From Eukaryota sp. TZLM1-RC (lineage: Eukaryota; Protista; Metamonada: BaSk clade): a stretch of 64,000 nucleotides of DNA. The stretch lies in NCBI GenBank assembly GCA_040285825.1, contig JAUPSS010000003.1, forward strand, positions 1,674,001 to 1,738,000, in the 5' to 3' direction. The position numbers and the translations under genes were made by a program. The notes under the pieces are model-generated. The model made no database searches. It was not told the origin of the DNA and saw only the letters and a list, made by a program, of their open reading frames with translations. This document shows positions 1-11,861 of this stretch, one piece after another (the stretch's first letter is position 1; the number at the start of each line of letters is the position of its first letter).

Positions 1-3000
1 CAACACTTCCTCCATACCATTCAACCACCTATCCGTCGTGTACGAAAGGAATGGACCGACACTAACGACAACGTCCTACGGAGATTATCTTCGTTGCCAG
101 AACTTTGATAAAAGGTATGTTATTCAACAGGATAATAAAGTTCATTCAGTAGACTATGGTCGATGGCTGAGTGATAAAGCTTATAGATCACGTCAACAAG
201 GTCAAAAAAGGGGTCAGAATCGCCAAGACCCGTATTCGTTACCTATTCATTCTAAAAAAGATGAAATTATTCAAGCATTAAAGTCTAGCAGAATTGTTAC
301 TATTTCTGCTGAAACTGGTTCTGGTATGTTTTGGTACTGTGGGATTGGTTTAAATGCAATTATTTGAATTAAATGTTGTTAATTCAACAAAACTTTTGTT
401 TTGATCAAACATTTAGTTTTCTTTCCCTTTTTTCTTTCAATAGACAAACTAACCATAGGAAAATCAACCCAACTAGCCAAAATGATTCTTGACGATGCCG
501 CTGAATCCAATGTCCCTCTTCCCCATATAGTCGTCTCCCAACAGCGAAGAGTTCCTTGCTACACTCTAGCTAGGAGAGTTTCCAACGAATGGGGATTGTT
601 TTTCCCTTCTCTAATAGGGTATCATATCGGAGGGGATGCTTGTTTCACTCATGACTGTAGAATTAAATTTGTTACGAATGGGGTGTGTCAGGGTCTTTTA
701 AAGTCAATTTTGAGCGATCAAAATGGAAGCAATCAGATTGATGTTTTGATTTTTGATGAGGTTCATAATCGTGACGTTGATGGTGAACTTTGTTTGACTT
801 TGTGTAAGTTTCTATTGGCGAAAAAACCATCTTTAAGAATTGTGTTAATGTCTGCAACTCTTCCAACAAATAATTTGGCAGAGTTATATGCAGACCAATA
901 CGTTCCAATCACCCAAATTGACCATTTCCCTTACCCTAACTCTAACCCTGACCCTACGGCGTTGGACTCTGAGGAGATGCAATTAGGAAGGTTTTATTCC
1001 AATATTCCTTCTCGTTTGCATACAAGTGTAGAAGTTCCTGGCCGAAGGTTTGAAATTTTCAGGTATTATTTGGATGATGCACCAGTCAAGCGATATTTCA
1101 CCTATGAAAATATGGATTTCAAACCTTTTTCAGACGCTTCTGCCCCTGTTCGCTGTAATTTTGATATCCGTAAGCAGATACCTGCTTTTGTAGAGGACAT
1201 TATCAAGAAACAACTATTTTCTCGACACTTCCATAAAGTCAATGGAATTCTGATCTTTTTACCTGGGCTGGGTAACATTAATGAGCTTGCAGATGCCTTT
1301 GCCACGTCACCAATCGCTGGCAAAATTGATGTTTGCATGCTTCACTCCAGTTTGTCTTCGGAAGATAATGAAAAGGCCTTAAAGCCTAAATCAAAAAGTA
1401 GAAGAAACAGAGTAAAGGTTATTTTAGCAACCAATATCGCAGAGTCTTCGCTTACAATTCCTGACATTAATATCGTAATCGACACGTGTGTTCATAAGGA
1501 AGTTTGGTATAAAGAAGCTGAGCGGAACGACATTCTAGTGGAAACCTGGGCGTCGAGACAGTTATTAACTCAACGTGAGGGTCGGGTCGGAAGGTTGGGT
1601 CCTGGGGTAGTGGTTAGAATGATTCCAAAAAATTTTTATGACAACTGTTTACTTTTGGAAAGTAAACCTATGACTTTGAGAGTTTCGCTAACACGATTAG
1701 TATTGAGTTGCTTAAATATAGGGGTAATTGAGCCTGATCAGCTACTACAATCCTTGCCTGCACCCCCTAATCTAAATCGTGTTTCGCAAGCTTATAATGT
1801 TTTAATTAGGGAAGGGGTTATTGTCAATCAAAATCCTATCCCTAACCCTAACCGCAACTCTCACACACTTTCCCCAATGGGAAGAGTTGTTTTATCAGTA
1901 CCTTTGTCAATTAAGGCAGCTAAAATGGCCTTTTATGGCTGTTGTTTGGGGTTGGGTGAATACGCCATCATTGCTGCTTGTATATCTGACCGAAAGAGTC
2001 CAATCAAGACACCAATGGGTAATCCAGCTGCCGGCATGAAATCATTATTGAATTTTTCTGGTGGAACGAGGTCTGATTTAGTTGCTGGGGTTAATGCTTA
2101 TTTGTGGTTCATTAAGAACAAGGGTTATATTATTGATAATTTGGAAAATCCCCAAGAAATTATTGGAGAAACACCCTATTTCTTGTCACTTTTTTGGCTC
2201 CAAGAACTTCACGATGTTGTTATCCAAGTACGACAAGAATTTTCAAAATTTGGACTGGTGTCTCAGCCTCGACGTATGGAGCTCTTTAATCACCGCATTA
2301 CTGACACCAGTGATGATGCGGTGACCAGTGAGGTGACAAGTAGGGATCAAGATGACGTCAGTGTTGTCGATGATGATAGTGATGAAGATTTGATTGAAGA
2401 TTCTTTCTCTTTCTCTCAAGTGGACAATGGTGATGATCAACTTGACACAATGTTTACAAATTTAGAAATATCTGGCCCTAACCCCAACCCCAACACTAAC
2501 CCTAACCCTAACCCTAACCCTAACGATGACATTCCAGAGTTCAGCTATCGACCATCTGTTTCAGAGTCTTTGGTTGATTTGTTGGACAGCTTTGGGTGTC
2601 GAGATTTCTCACAAACTCCTCAGTCATTACCGGTTGACAGTCAAAATGATGACGTCAGCAAGGAAAATCGAAAAGGGAAAGAAGAGGAGATCTATACTGA
2701 AAAAATGGATTTTGTTACAAATTCAAATTTTCAGTTTCCTTATCTTTCAATCAAAAATGATTGCTTTGCCAAAACATTTCTACTCCAAATTGTTGCCACT
2801 TTCTGCTTTTCCTCTAATGTCTTTCGTTCTCTCCCTCTTAGTTTCGCTGGTTCAGACAGGTTTGTGCGGGATGTCATGCAAAGAGTGGCAGTAGAGGATA
2901 ATAGAGCAAAAGATGTTACTTATTTTGAAAATGTTGGTCCAAATGCTCCTTCTCAGCTTAAAGCTCAAGTTGATTTGTTTATTTCTGGTGGTTCTACGTG

Positions 3001-3826
3001 GATCTCATTGTTTAAAACGCGAAATGCTGTGCTTGGTCAAGAAAACTTAGTAGTTTTGGATCACTCTGGTAGGTCTTCTTCGCGTGGAGAATTTTTAAAA
3101 TTTGATCCTCCTTTTTTCCATTCTCCAATTACTAATTTATTATTCCAATTTAGAGAAAGTCGTAATAATCAAGGTAATCTTGTTGAGTGTCAAAGAATAA
3201 GTCGCCATAGCTCAAGTCTTAACAAACTCAGTTCAATCTTTAATCCCAATCAAAATTCAATATTTACCAGGATTTCATTGGCAAATCCAGGAATTCCATC
3301 AACTTCAAAACGTCTTTTGTCAGTAGTTTCTGCTACAAATTGTATTGTTACTCTCAACAAAAGAGGAAATCAATCATTTATTTACACGAATGGTCAACAG
3401 TTGCCATTAATGCCTAATTTATTGGAGAAATTATTCCTTGTTTTTTATCCAATCAAGAACTATAACCAGCTTTCTAGAATTTCTCCTGCATCTTTCAGGA
3501 CTGCAGATGTTTGCTCTGATTCATCTAATTTTACTTTACAATATAAATGTACCTTGGAAAATGCAGATTTGCTCTATGATATGAGATTAATTTTCAATGA
3601 AATCATTAATTTATCATTAGAAGATGTTTCTTATTCACATAATGGCAGAGAACTTCGAGCGGAAGATATATTCAGATTAATGAAGAGAAGAGAACGAAAA
3701 CTTTCTAGACTTAATCCAGCTTTGAGATCTTTTAAAGATGTTTGGCGAATGTTTTTGGATTTCTTTGATTTGGAATCAGTTTTCGTAAGTTCTTCGCTAT
3801 CTTCATCAACTTTAGGAATACCTTAA
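1..3826 (+). CDS. DEAH/RHA RNA helicase, spindle-E/TDRD9-like; 5'-partial; exons <1..323 and 459..3826
   Basis: Splicing intron 324-458 restores Walker A AETGSGKSTQ. DEVH, MSAT, ATNIAESSLTI and WASRQLLTQREGRVGRL motifs and an HA2 region follow. Frame is open from position 2, so the start lies outside the window. Confidence 0.9.
324..458 (+). other. Spliceosomal intron (135 nt)
   Basis: GTATGT donor and ACTAACCATAG branch point/acceptor; removal joins G|GA to rebuild GSGKST. Confidence 0.92.
2476..2524 (+). repeat. Telomere-like (CCCTAA)n tract encoding (PN)n inside the helicase CDS
   Basis: 8 hexamer units, 5 of them perfect CCCTAA; shorter tracts at 934-957 and 1840-1853. Confidence 0.85.
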
Positions 3827-4446
3827 GTAGAATTTCCTTTTTAATTAAGTTTGTTCGTCTTTTTTTTAAATAAACAATTGTTTGGCGAAAATACAAATCA
3901 AATGGTAACTCAACTAGGTAATTAAATTAGATCAAACAAAATTTTTCAAAAAGAGAAAAAACTGAATTCAAGACACAATTTCAAACCACTGTATAATTCG
4001 AAAAAGTCACCTTGATCTTTTCATTGAAATTGCTGTTGTTCATTCAACAGTTTTTAACTGGCCTTGCAAGTCAAATATTTTGCTCTGATTCTAACAATGG
4101 TGATTTTTTGCTACTGGGTTATCATAACAAATTTCTTAATCTGTAAAATGAAAGAAATTCTAAGTATTGAACCCAACAACAGATACTTTGATCGTGTGGT
4201 ATATATCTACTTTTTGACATCACCCTTTCATATGGGGTTTGTTGTGTTGATTATGAAAAACAGAGTTTATTTCAACATACATATAAAGTCTCCCACAGAA
4301 TTCAAGGTCAAAAACGCTGAAATAATTGATTAAACAATCAAAAATGTTTAGTCGCAATCCGTTTTTCAATCAAATTTCAATGGTGAATTTATTTATTTTT
4401 AGATTTTTAATGATATACTAACCATTTACCGGCTGATTCCAAAAAA

Positions 4447-5550
4447 TCATTTTAATATCCAATAAAAAACACCACCAACTTTACTTTTCCTACAGACCTG
4501 AGCCAAAACTTTCTTAAATTTCGCTCTCCATTCCTCTGCTTCCGCCTTACTCATATTAGCATAACAACAACCAAACAATTCCCTGAAATCTTTTGCGGTT
4601 AAACGTTGATTTTTAGCTGCTGAAATTTCCCTAATCAAATCATCTGCCTGTGGAACGTAGCCCCTAACATAACGTACTCTGCAAGACTTGACAGCCTGAA
4701 AATGCATTGGTTCTGTTCTTGGTTTCTTGGTCAATGGAAGTCCATCTGATTGAGCTCCCCTTTTTGACCCTGCTACGTCGACAGATTCTTTTACCGGTAA
4801 TTCCCCTGCAATACTCACTGCCGCCTCTTCTGTTTCTTTTACCATTTCCTCAGAGTCTTTTTCATCAGAAGCACTGACTTCACTAGTGAGTGCTCTTATA
4901 ACATTGCTCTTTTGAATCTCCAACTGCTCCTTCCTTCTTAAATCATCCTCTGTCTCCTCTAGAACATCATCCTGCTCTAGTTTAACCCCCAATTCTTCCT
5001 CCAAATCAAGCTCGTAATTCTCGTCATCGTCGTCAAATCTCAAGTCAAAGTCCATAAACTCTGCCCCAGGGTCCTCGTAAGTTTCAGTAGGGGGTGGGGG
5101 AACATGCTTATCTTTACTAGTTAGACCAACGTGCATAACTCCTTCTTGCGTCTCTTTTGGAAGCTCTACAGGGCCGTTTTTTCTATTAAACCCGTACCAC
5201 TTACCAATCGGGACGGCTCTCATTCGATCTTTTTGTCTCGATAACATCAGATAACCCCCTGTTGCCAACGACTCGCTTCCCTTGTAGGCCTTGGGGTTGG
5301 GTGTGTTTTTGGCATAGATGAGGAGATCCTGATGGTCTTTGGATGAGGTTGAGCGTTTTGTTATCCAGGGGTCAGTACATTTAAAGTGACGTTCGACAAG
5401 ACAAAGAGGACGGCCTATTGATGTGGCAGAAAGAGGGTCCTTTTCATTAGGATCGAAAGACGATTCAAAACGTGCGATGTTCCAAAGAGGTTTGTCCTTA
5501 AACGTAACAGGAAAGATGGGAAACTCTTCTATTCGTTCATCTGAGGACAT
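4447..5550 (-). CDS. Transcription factor TFIIF large subunit (RAP74/Tfg1-like)
   Basis: YLMLSRQKDRMRAVPIGKWYGF resembles the RAP74 N-terminal motif; acidic linker (DFDLRFDDDDE); C-terminal winged-helix-like region. Confidence 0.75.
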   Translation of the reverse strand: MSSDERIEEFPIFPVTFKDKPLWNIARFESSFDPNEKDPLSATSIGRPLCLVERHFKCTDPWITKRSTSSKDHQDLLIYAKNTPNPKAYKGSESLATGGYLMLSRQKDRMRAVPIGKWYGFNRKNGPVELPKETQEGVMHVGLTSKDKHVPPPPTETYEDPGAEFMDFDLRFDDDDENYELDLEEELGVKLEQDDVLEETEDDLRRKEQLEIQKSNVIRALTSEVSASDEKDSEEMVKETEEAAVSIAGELPVKESVDVAGSKRGAQSDGLPLTKKPRTEPMHFQAVKSCRVRYVRGYVPQADDLIREISAAKNQRLTAKDFRELFGCCYANMSKAEAEEWRAKFKKVLAQVCRKSKVGGVFYWILK

Positions 5551-5592
5551 AAGCTAATAGCAAAAAGTGTGAAAAGATAGAAACCAGTTGAG
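5546..5592 (-). promoter_or_regulatory. Diverged copy of shared 5' leader family 2
   Basis: ctcaactggtttctatcttttcacactttttgctattagcttATGTC aligns with the PLD3 and CGI-121 leaders with one gap. Confidence 0.55.
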
Positions 5593-5699
5593 GAGACCGT
5601 TGAGGATGATGTTGAAATTGTCAATTTCAAGAAATCAATTTCCTCACTTCATCGAATCAGAAAAAGCAACAAAAAAGTAATAAAAGTAATGACAAAAGT

Positions 5700-5850
5700 T
5701 GCTTATTTCTATCAACATCATTATCAGATATTGTAGCTTATTCTTTTGCTTTTGAATCTGCAGTATTGAATTTTCAACTAAACCAAAGTGTCATTTGCAA
5801 CATCACAGGAAACAAAGGCAACAATGACTTTAGAATGATCGATTCAGTCA
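5700..5850 (-). mobile_element. Old fragment of RLE retrotransposon family A
   Basis: Reverse strand encodes IDHSKVIVAFVSCDVANDTLV, homologous to 57830-57895. Confidence 0.6.
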
Positions 5851-7385
5851 AAGTAATTGACAGCAATTGACGTCAGATCCGAAATTATTCTATGATTGTG
5901 TTTTTGCTTAATGAAGGCACAAACGAATCTCTTGCCGTATGGAACACACAATCTTCATGGAACACTCAAAGAGAACAGTAAGTTACTAAACATGGCGCAA
6001 TGTCAGTTGCGTATGCTTCAATTAAACAAAGTTTTCTTTTAATCACAATTGATCAGATAATTATTTAAATTTAGTCTTAGTTGGTTCAAGGGTCTTTCAA
6101 CAAGCATTTAGTTCACATCAAAAAGGTACATTAATTAGTGGAGTGATCAATGTGATTCCTTATTCAGACATACATCTTTTGCCTAGTTATAATGAGTGAA
6201 GATTTTGTTGTCAAATAGATGAAATTGCATATCAGGTGAAAAAATCACTTTTTATATATTCTATTCAAACTTTTTTCTAATTTTGCATTAACTTTTTTTG
6301 AATTAATCACATATTTTTCTGGGATACTTCTATTATTATGTGACTACGAAAAACATTGAGTCCATTGATTTATGGCAATTATTGAAATTGCTTCACATAT
6401 TAGAAAATAGAACTTCAAGCTAAACCACTATATTATAGACCGGGATGGACATAATTAAGATCTTGAGAAACGTTCCATCCTTCAATTTTGATATTATTTT
6501 TGCTTGTAATTTGTTCACCTTCTGGAATAGAGGACTAAAGATAAGAGGATGAATTAATCAAAATATTTTGTGAAACTTGAGGTCTCTATTGAACACCATT
6601 GGATGATTTCAATATAGAAACAGCAAAATACAAGAGATTCATCTTTTTCAAATTATTCAAAAAAAGTTGACATACGTCAATAATGGCAGTATATACATTT
6701 TTGAGCATTCTATCGAAACCAGGAGTAATTAAATCAACATCATGATCCTTGAAGGCATTATTTGAGCTACTCTCATTGAGGTCCATTCAACAGTTGACAA
6801 AAGGGGATTTTTCCTTAGTCAAGCCATGACGAACAGTGTTTTGCTTTCGGTAACTTGTTCTGCAATTTTGCGCATGTAAATCTTCAAGAAAACAACCTCT
6901 GGACGGAAGTCCTTGACTATCAGCTTTTAGTCAAATAATTATAAATTATACGATTGCACAGGACTTTCAATAATTCTTTGCAATAATTTTTTACTTTGTT
7001 GTGTTTGTGTAGCAGCAGGACGCAACTTTTAGAAAAGAATTCTAGATAAGCATAATTAATTATAATCAATGTTAAATGGAATTCCATTTCAAGACCTGTT
7101 TTTTACTGATATTTTTATGGCTGAAGCTTACATTAAGGTATAACAAACATCTTATTTCAAAAATTTTGTTCTGAAAAACATTTTTATAAATATTAAAACC
7201 ATCTTTGCACAAACTCTTGATTAATTGACGGTTTTCTACTCCTTCACAATTGTCATTCCGAAGTGTCAAGGACAATCAACATATTTGGTATTTGGGTACA
7301 TTGAAATATTTTAAAAATCCAGCAACAGAATTCTTGTGTGATGTGCGCCGGTACAAAAAGAGTCAAATTCCTTAAATTTATATAA

Positions 7386-7790
7386 TTTATTGAATTTGCA
7401 CACTTAACAACATAAACTCATAACTAATGGGATGAAACTCATAGAACCAAGATTTTCTCTACAAACTCTTGATCTGCTTGTTGTCTAGCTAAAGCTTCTC
7501 TAATTCGATTGAAACCGTGGCGATTTATTAATAATGCCAAATTGATTTCGAGAGCGCCATAGAAAGATATCAAATCTTTTCATTGTTTTTCTTGAACCAT
7601 TTTGAAAATCATTCAAAAAAAGTTTCTGCTTCTACAGATAGTTTTCCGTTTACCGAAAATGGGAATGCAATAAAAATTAGCTGTGTATTTCTATCAGCAT
7701 TAGCTTCTTTGATATTTTTGTCATATTTTCTATGTTTTTCTTTAGCTTTAAATTGAAGAACACCTACAAGATTAAGTTTTCTTCTGGTCA
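7386..7790 (-). mobile_element. RLE (CRE-like) non-LTR retrotransposon family A, 3' fragment
   Basis: KAKEKHRKY...AFPFSVNG; shares the 3' end of the 56684-58310 copy. Confidence 0.85.
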
Positions 7791-7887
7791 TTGAAACAGA
7801 TATTGACTATAATAATGGTATAAAGACTGTGAGGGCAAATCCAAATCCATTTACCAAACCTACATTGAAAATCCATTCTTCATTGTA

Positions 7888-8645
7888 TTTATTGAATTTG
7901 CACACTTAATTAAATTAACTCAATACTAATGGGACGACTATCATTGAACCAAGATTTCCTCTACAAAATCTTGATCTGCTTGCTGTCTAGCTAAAGCTTC
8001 TCTTATTCGATTGAAAAACCGTGGTAATCTATTAATAATGGTAAATTGAATCCGTGAACGCCATAAAAATATATCAAATCTTCTCATTGTTTTTTCTTGC
8101 ACCCTTTTTTGGAAGTCATCCAAAAAAGTTTCTGCTTCAACTGATAATCTTCCATTTATCGAAAATGGGAAAGCAATAAAAACCAGCTGTGTATTTCTAT
8201 CGACATTTGCCTCTTAAATTTCTTTATCATATTTTCTATGTTTTTCTTTTGCTTTAAAATCCAGAGCAGCCACAGGATTAAGTTTTCTTCTGTGAACCAA
8301 AGTATCATTTGCAACATTAAATGAGACGAAGTCAACAATAGCTTCAGAATTATCAATCCAATCACAGAATACATCACCTATATCATCAGAACCAAAGTTA
8401 TTCAGAGAAAGTGTTTCCTTCAGCAGAGGTTCTTTAAAACACGAGATTCTTAAATTTCGTGCAACATAAAAACAGTGTCTCTAACAGCATCATGTAGTGA
8501 AGAACGATAAGTTATCAATTTCGAACAATTCAGAGCGTGGCACAAAATGAGTTGAGGTGAATTCGAACAAATACATTTTTCTTTTGATAAAAATTGAGTA
8601 ATGGCGATATTCAAATATAATCTCATTTTTGTTACAAAGAGTATT
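7888..8645 (-). mobile_element. RLE retrotransposon family A, 5'-truncated decayed copy
   Basis: Colinear with 57555-58310: HALNC..HDAVRD, RLE region, C-terminus DQDFVEEILVQ and 3' UTR. Confidence 0.88.
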
Positions 8646-8689
8646 TTCCTTAGTTACAGAAACAGAGATTCAATTTTTTATGCTAAAAA

Positions 8690-9920
8690 TCTGCTATACT
8701 AGGAGAATAACCCACATTGTAAGATCTTGCGCTGCAGGTGTTGAATAAACAAAATTCTCTGTTTTGTGGCAGTCATTATTGTCGGGTGGAGGCAAGAATT
8801 TTATTTATGAATTGACTCGTAGATTTCCAGAACATTCTCATTTTTTAGATCCATGTTTGAATAAGTTATCTTCTGAGCTCGAAATATTATTGAGCCATAT
8901 AGTACTGAGCAAACACAAATTTGGACCAAATGTTTTCCCCAATCAATTCAAGAAATTCTGAACCAATCTCTCTTTAATTAGCAATTTTGCTGTAAAAAAT
9001 TTCAACAAAAAATGCCAAAGATCTTTGAAAATTTGGATTTTGATGTTAGACTTGGCTTGGATATGAAAAAAATATCCCACTTTTGCAAATCTTTTACAAG
9101 ATATGTGTGATAGTAAATCTTTTTCTTTAGTAACAAACATTCCTCAAGTTTATGGCACTATCTTAACTGATGCAACTTGGACTTTGATTATGAGACTTTG
9201 TTCCTTTATCTGGCCTGATAATTTACCTCATAATTTAACTTGTAAATGTTCTCGTAAAATTACAATTACTCATTTGTTAAATTGTAAACACTTTATTACC
9301 TTTGGAAACAAGGTTCACGATGCCATAAAAGACCAATTATATTGTATGTGTAAGTCTTATAGAATTGAATCCTTTTGCGAACTTCTGTTGTCAAATCTGT
9401 TTGATACTGAAGACTTTCATAAGAATAACAAAGGTGATATTGAATTACCTGGATTAAATGGAAGCTTCATTTTATTGGAGGTAGGGTCTTTTGATATTTG
9501 AAATGTCTCAAATGAAAGGCTTGCTTATTCTGAAATTCATAATTCTCTTTCAAATGCTGAAAATTTCACAATTAAAAAAATACAGTAAACCGTTGTCAAA
9601 ATTGTTTAAACAACAACATGCAAAATACAATTTCTATCCATTTGTTTTTTCTTTATTTGGTTCACTTGCTCCAACGGCTTTACGTTTTTTGGCAGATTTT
9701 GAAATGATTGTAAAAAGAAAAACTAACAGAAATTTTCAACAGATTGTTTTGGCAAAAAAGAATTGTGTTTTCTATTATTAAGGCAACGTTGAAGATGGTT
9801 TCTGATGCTTTGCTTTTTCTTGGATCTCACTATGAGAGAGTTGCACATAGTTGTTTTGTTTTGGGAGATGGATTCATCAGATGTTGATTTATAAGTTGTT
9901 TGTTAAATTTTTTTTTAAAA
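8690..9920 (+). mobile_element. RLE retrotransposon family B, decayed 3' half
   Basis: GGGKNFIYE, CKC..HLLNC..HDAIKD knuckle, K..KY, YPFVFSLFG; 3' end similar to 30450-30950 and 40638-41020. Confidence 0.88.
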
Positions 9921-10490
9921 AAAGTTGAAACTTTCGACCAGAAAGTAAAGAACTTGGCTCATTTTTTGTTGTTTTATCAAAATTGAATAACTAGAAAACG
10001 TTAAGAAAAGGAAGAAGAAACAGTGTTATAATGGTTTAAACGCAAATTAAAAATAAATACAATAAATAAAATTTAAGCCATATTCCGCTTTTAAGAACCC
10101 TAAGATCATTTATATCCATTGTTTACTTCCGATAGTGTTAATCTAGAGTGAGAATTTACATTTGAAATGTCAAAAGTAAGGTAATTTATTACGCAGAATG
10201 ATAAAGTCTTCGAACCAATATTTTGGGTGCAATTCTATAGACAATTAACTAATAAAAACGATTTTATATAACTATCCAAAGCCAATTATTACATTACTAG
10301 AGATGAAATATTTTCCACGTTGGTGTGAATGTTAATGTTAACTTAGAGTAATCTTTTTTTGGATTTATTAACAGTAATTACTGTTGGGTCAATATGGGGA
10401 TGCATCAGGTAATAAACGGAAAACAGGGTGTTTATTACAGCGGGTGTGAATAATCAAATGAAATTATACTAGAATCTAGATAAATACATA

Positions 10491-10787
10491 ATGACGTGGC
10501 ATTACGTGATTACTGTAAAGTACAAACAACTAACTAACTATGGCGAGAAGCCAACATATTTTTGGAATTGCAATGCTCCCTCACTTACTAATTCAGAAGG
10601 AAATTCTAATATCATCCTAGCTCCTAATACACTCAATCTGTGTAATCACTTTGGCTTCCAAGTTTCTACAAGTGCTTTGTGTAGTATTTGTAATTCAGAA
10701 TTGGGGTGTACGGAAGTTATTATGGGTCATTTCTGTGGACATTTACACCACGAGTCTTGTTCTTCTACTAGTCATTGTTTGATATGA
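10491..10787 (+). pseudogene. Possible RING-finger fragment
   Basis: CSIC...CGHLHHESC...C resembles an incomplete RING-H2. Confidence 0.3.
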
Positions 10788-11074
10788 TTTTCGGGTTAAG
10801 TTATTATTATTAAATGTAAATATTGGAAAATGGTAAACTTATTTACACAAAAATCATTTGGAACACAAAAGTTCATACTAAAGATTAATTAAAATAATAT
10901 TTAATAAAAAATTTGGGGTAAAAGACAAAATGATTGTCTACAATAATAAAGAGACTTATTCAAAAAAAACATCAGACATAAACCCAAACTACAAAGAGCA
11001 AATGAAACAAAATAGACACCACAAATAATGATGAAACAAACACAACATCATTCTTATTAAAAAAAGGAAAAACT

Positions 11075-11683
11075 TTAAGAAAACAGAGACGATGGATCTT
11101 CAATGTCAGATTCATCACTGGGGGATGAGGTTGTTTGCTGACCTTGTAATGAACTTGCAACTTCTACAGAGTTGCTGAGAGGTTCATCAGAAAACAGACC
11201 TTCACAAGATTGTTCTTCTTCGTTATCAGATTCAATAGTCTGAAGGTTCTTGCGTTGACTTAGGTTGAGGTTGTTGAGGGTGTAGAAGTAACGAAGAAAA
11301 AACTGTTCTTCTGATAAATCTCCACGGATAACCAGTGAGTCATAGGATTTCAACAAAGGTGGAGCAGAATTGAGAATTGACTCGCTGTTGCGTAAAACAT
11401 CGTCTATAGGAAACGTTTCGCAGAAGGATTTGAAGGAAGATGAATCCAAAGGGGGATCAAAAGTGCTCAACTCCTTCTGTACTGTGGCGACTAATGTGTT
11501 GTCAGATTCTGCGTGTCGGGACAGAGCAACAGACTCAGAATAAGGGAGAGTAACTTCATCCCGTGTGATAAATTCAGAATCTTCGAGTGTGTCTCTCAGA
11601 TTGGAAGAGAAGTCAGTAAGTTCGGTATTGTAAAAGTCAACGACAGCCTTAACTGAGGACTCTAAGGCACGTCGTAAAAACAT
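11075..11683 (-). CDS. BSD-domain protein
   Basis: LLKSYDSLVIRGDLSEEQFFLRYFY fits the BSD consensus; acidic tail. Confidence 0.75.
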   Translation of the reverse strand: MFLRRALESSVKAVVDFYNTELTDFSSNLRDTLEDSEFITRDEVTLPYSESVALSRHAESDNTLVATVQKELSTFDPPLDSSSFKSFCETFPIDDVLRNSESILNSAPPLLKSYDSLVIRGDLSEEQFFLRYFYTLNNLNLSQRKNLQTIESDNEEEQSCEGLFSDEPLSNSVEVASSLQGQQTTSSPSDESDIEDPSSLFS

Positions 11684-11740
11684 GTGATGGGGGAAGAGAT
11701 AAGAGGATTTGTAGATTGAAATATACGATCAAAGTTTATA

Positions 11741-11827
11741 TTTATTGAACGTGCACACTTAATTAAATTAACTCATAACTAATGGGACGACTATCATTGA
11801 ACCAAGATTTCCTCTACAAAATCTTGA
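11741..11827 (-). mobile_element. Minimal 3'-end copy (~87 nt) of retrotransposon family A
   Basis: Near-identical to 58225-58310. Confidence 0.9.
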
Positions 11828-11861
11828 AGTTGGAATTGAAACAAAGTCTTATAAAATACCT

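Noticed and set aside
2476-2524. Chromosome end or telomere
   Set aside because: The tract is short, in frame and internal to a CDS.
6500-7370. Further Fanzor crumbs (YRKQNTVRHGLT; ENRQLIKSLCKDGFNIY)
   Set aside because: Too short and degraded to support a call.
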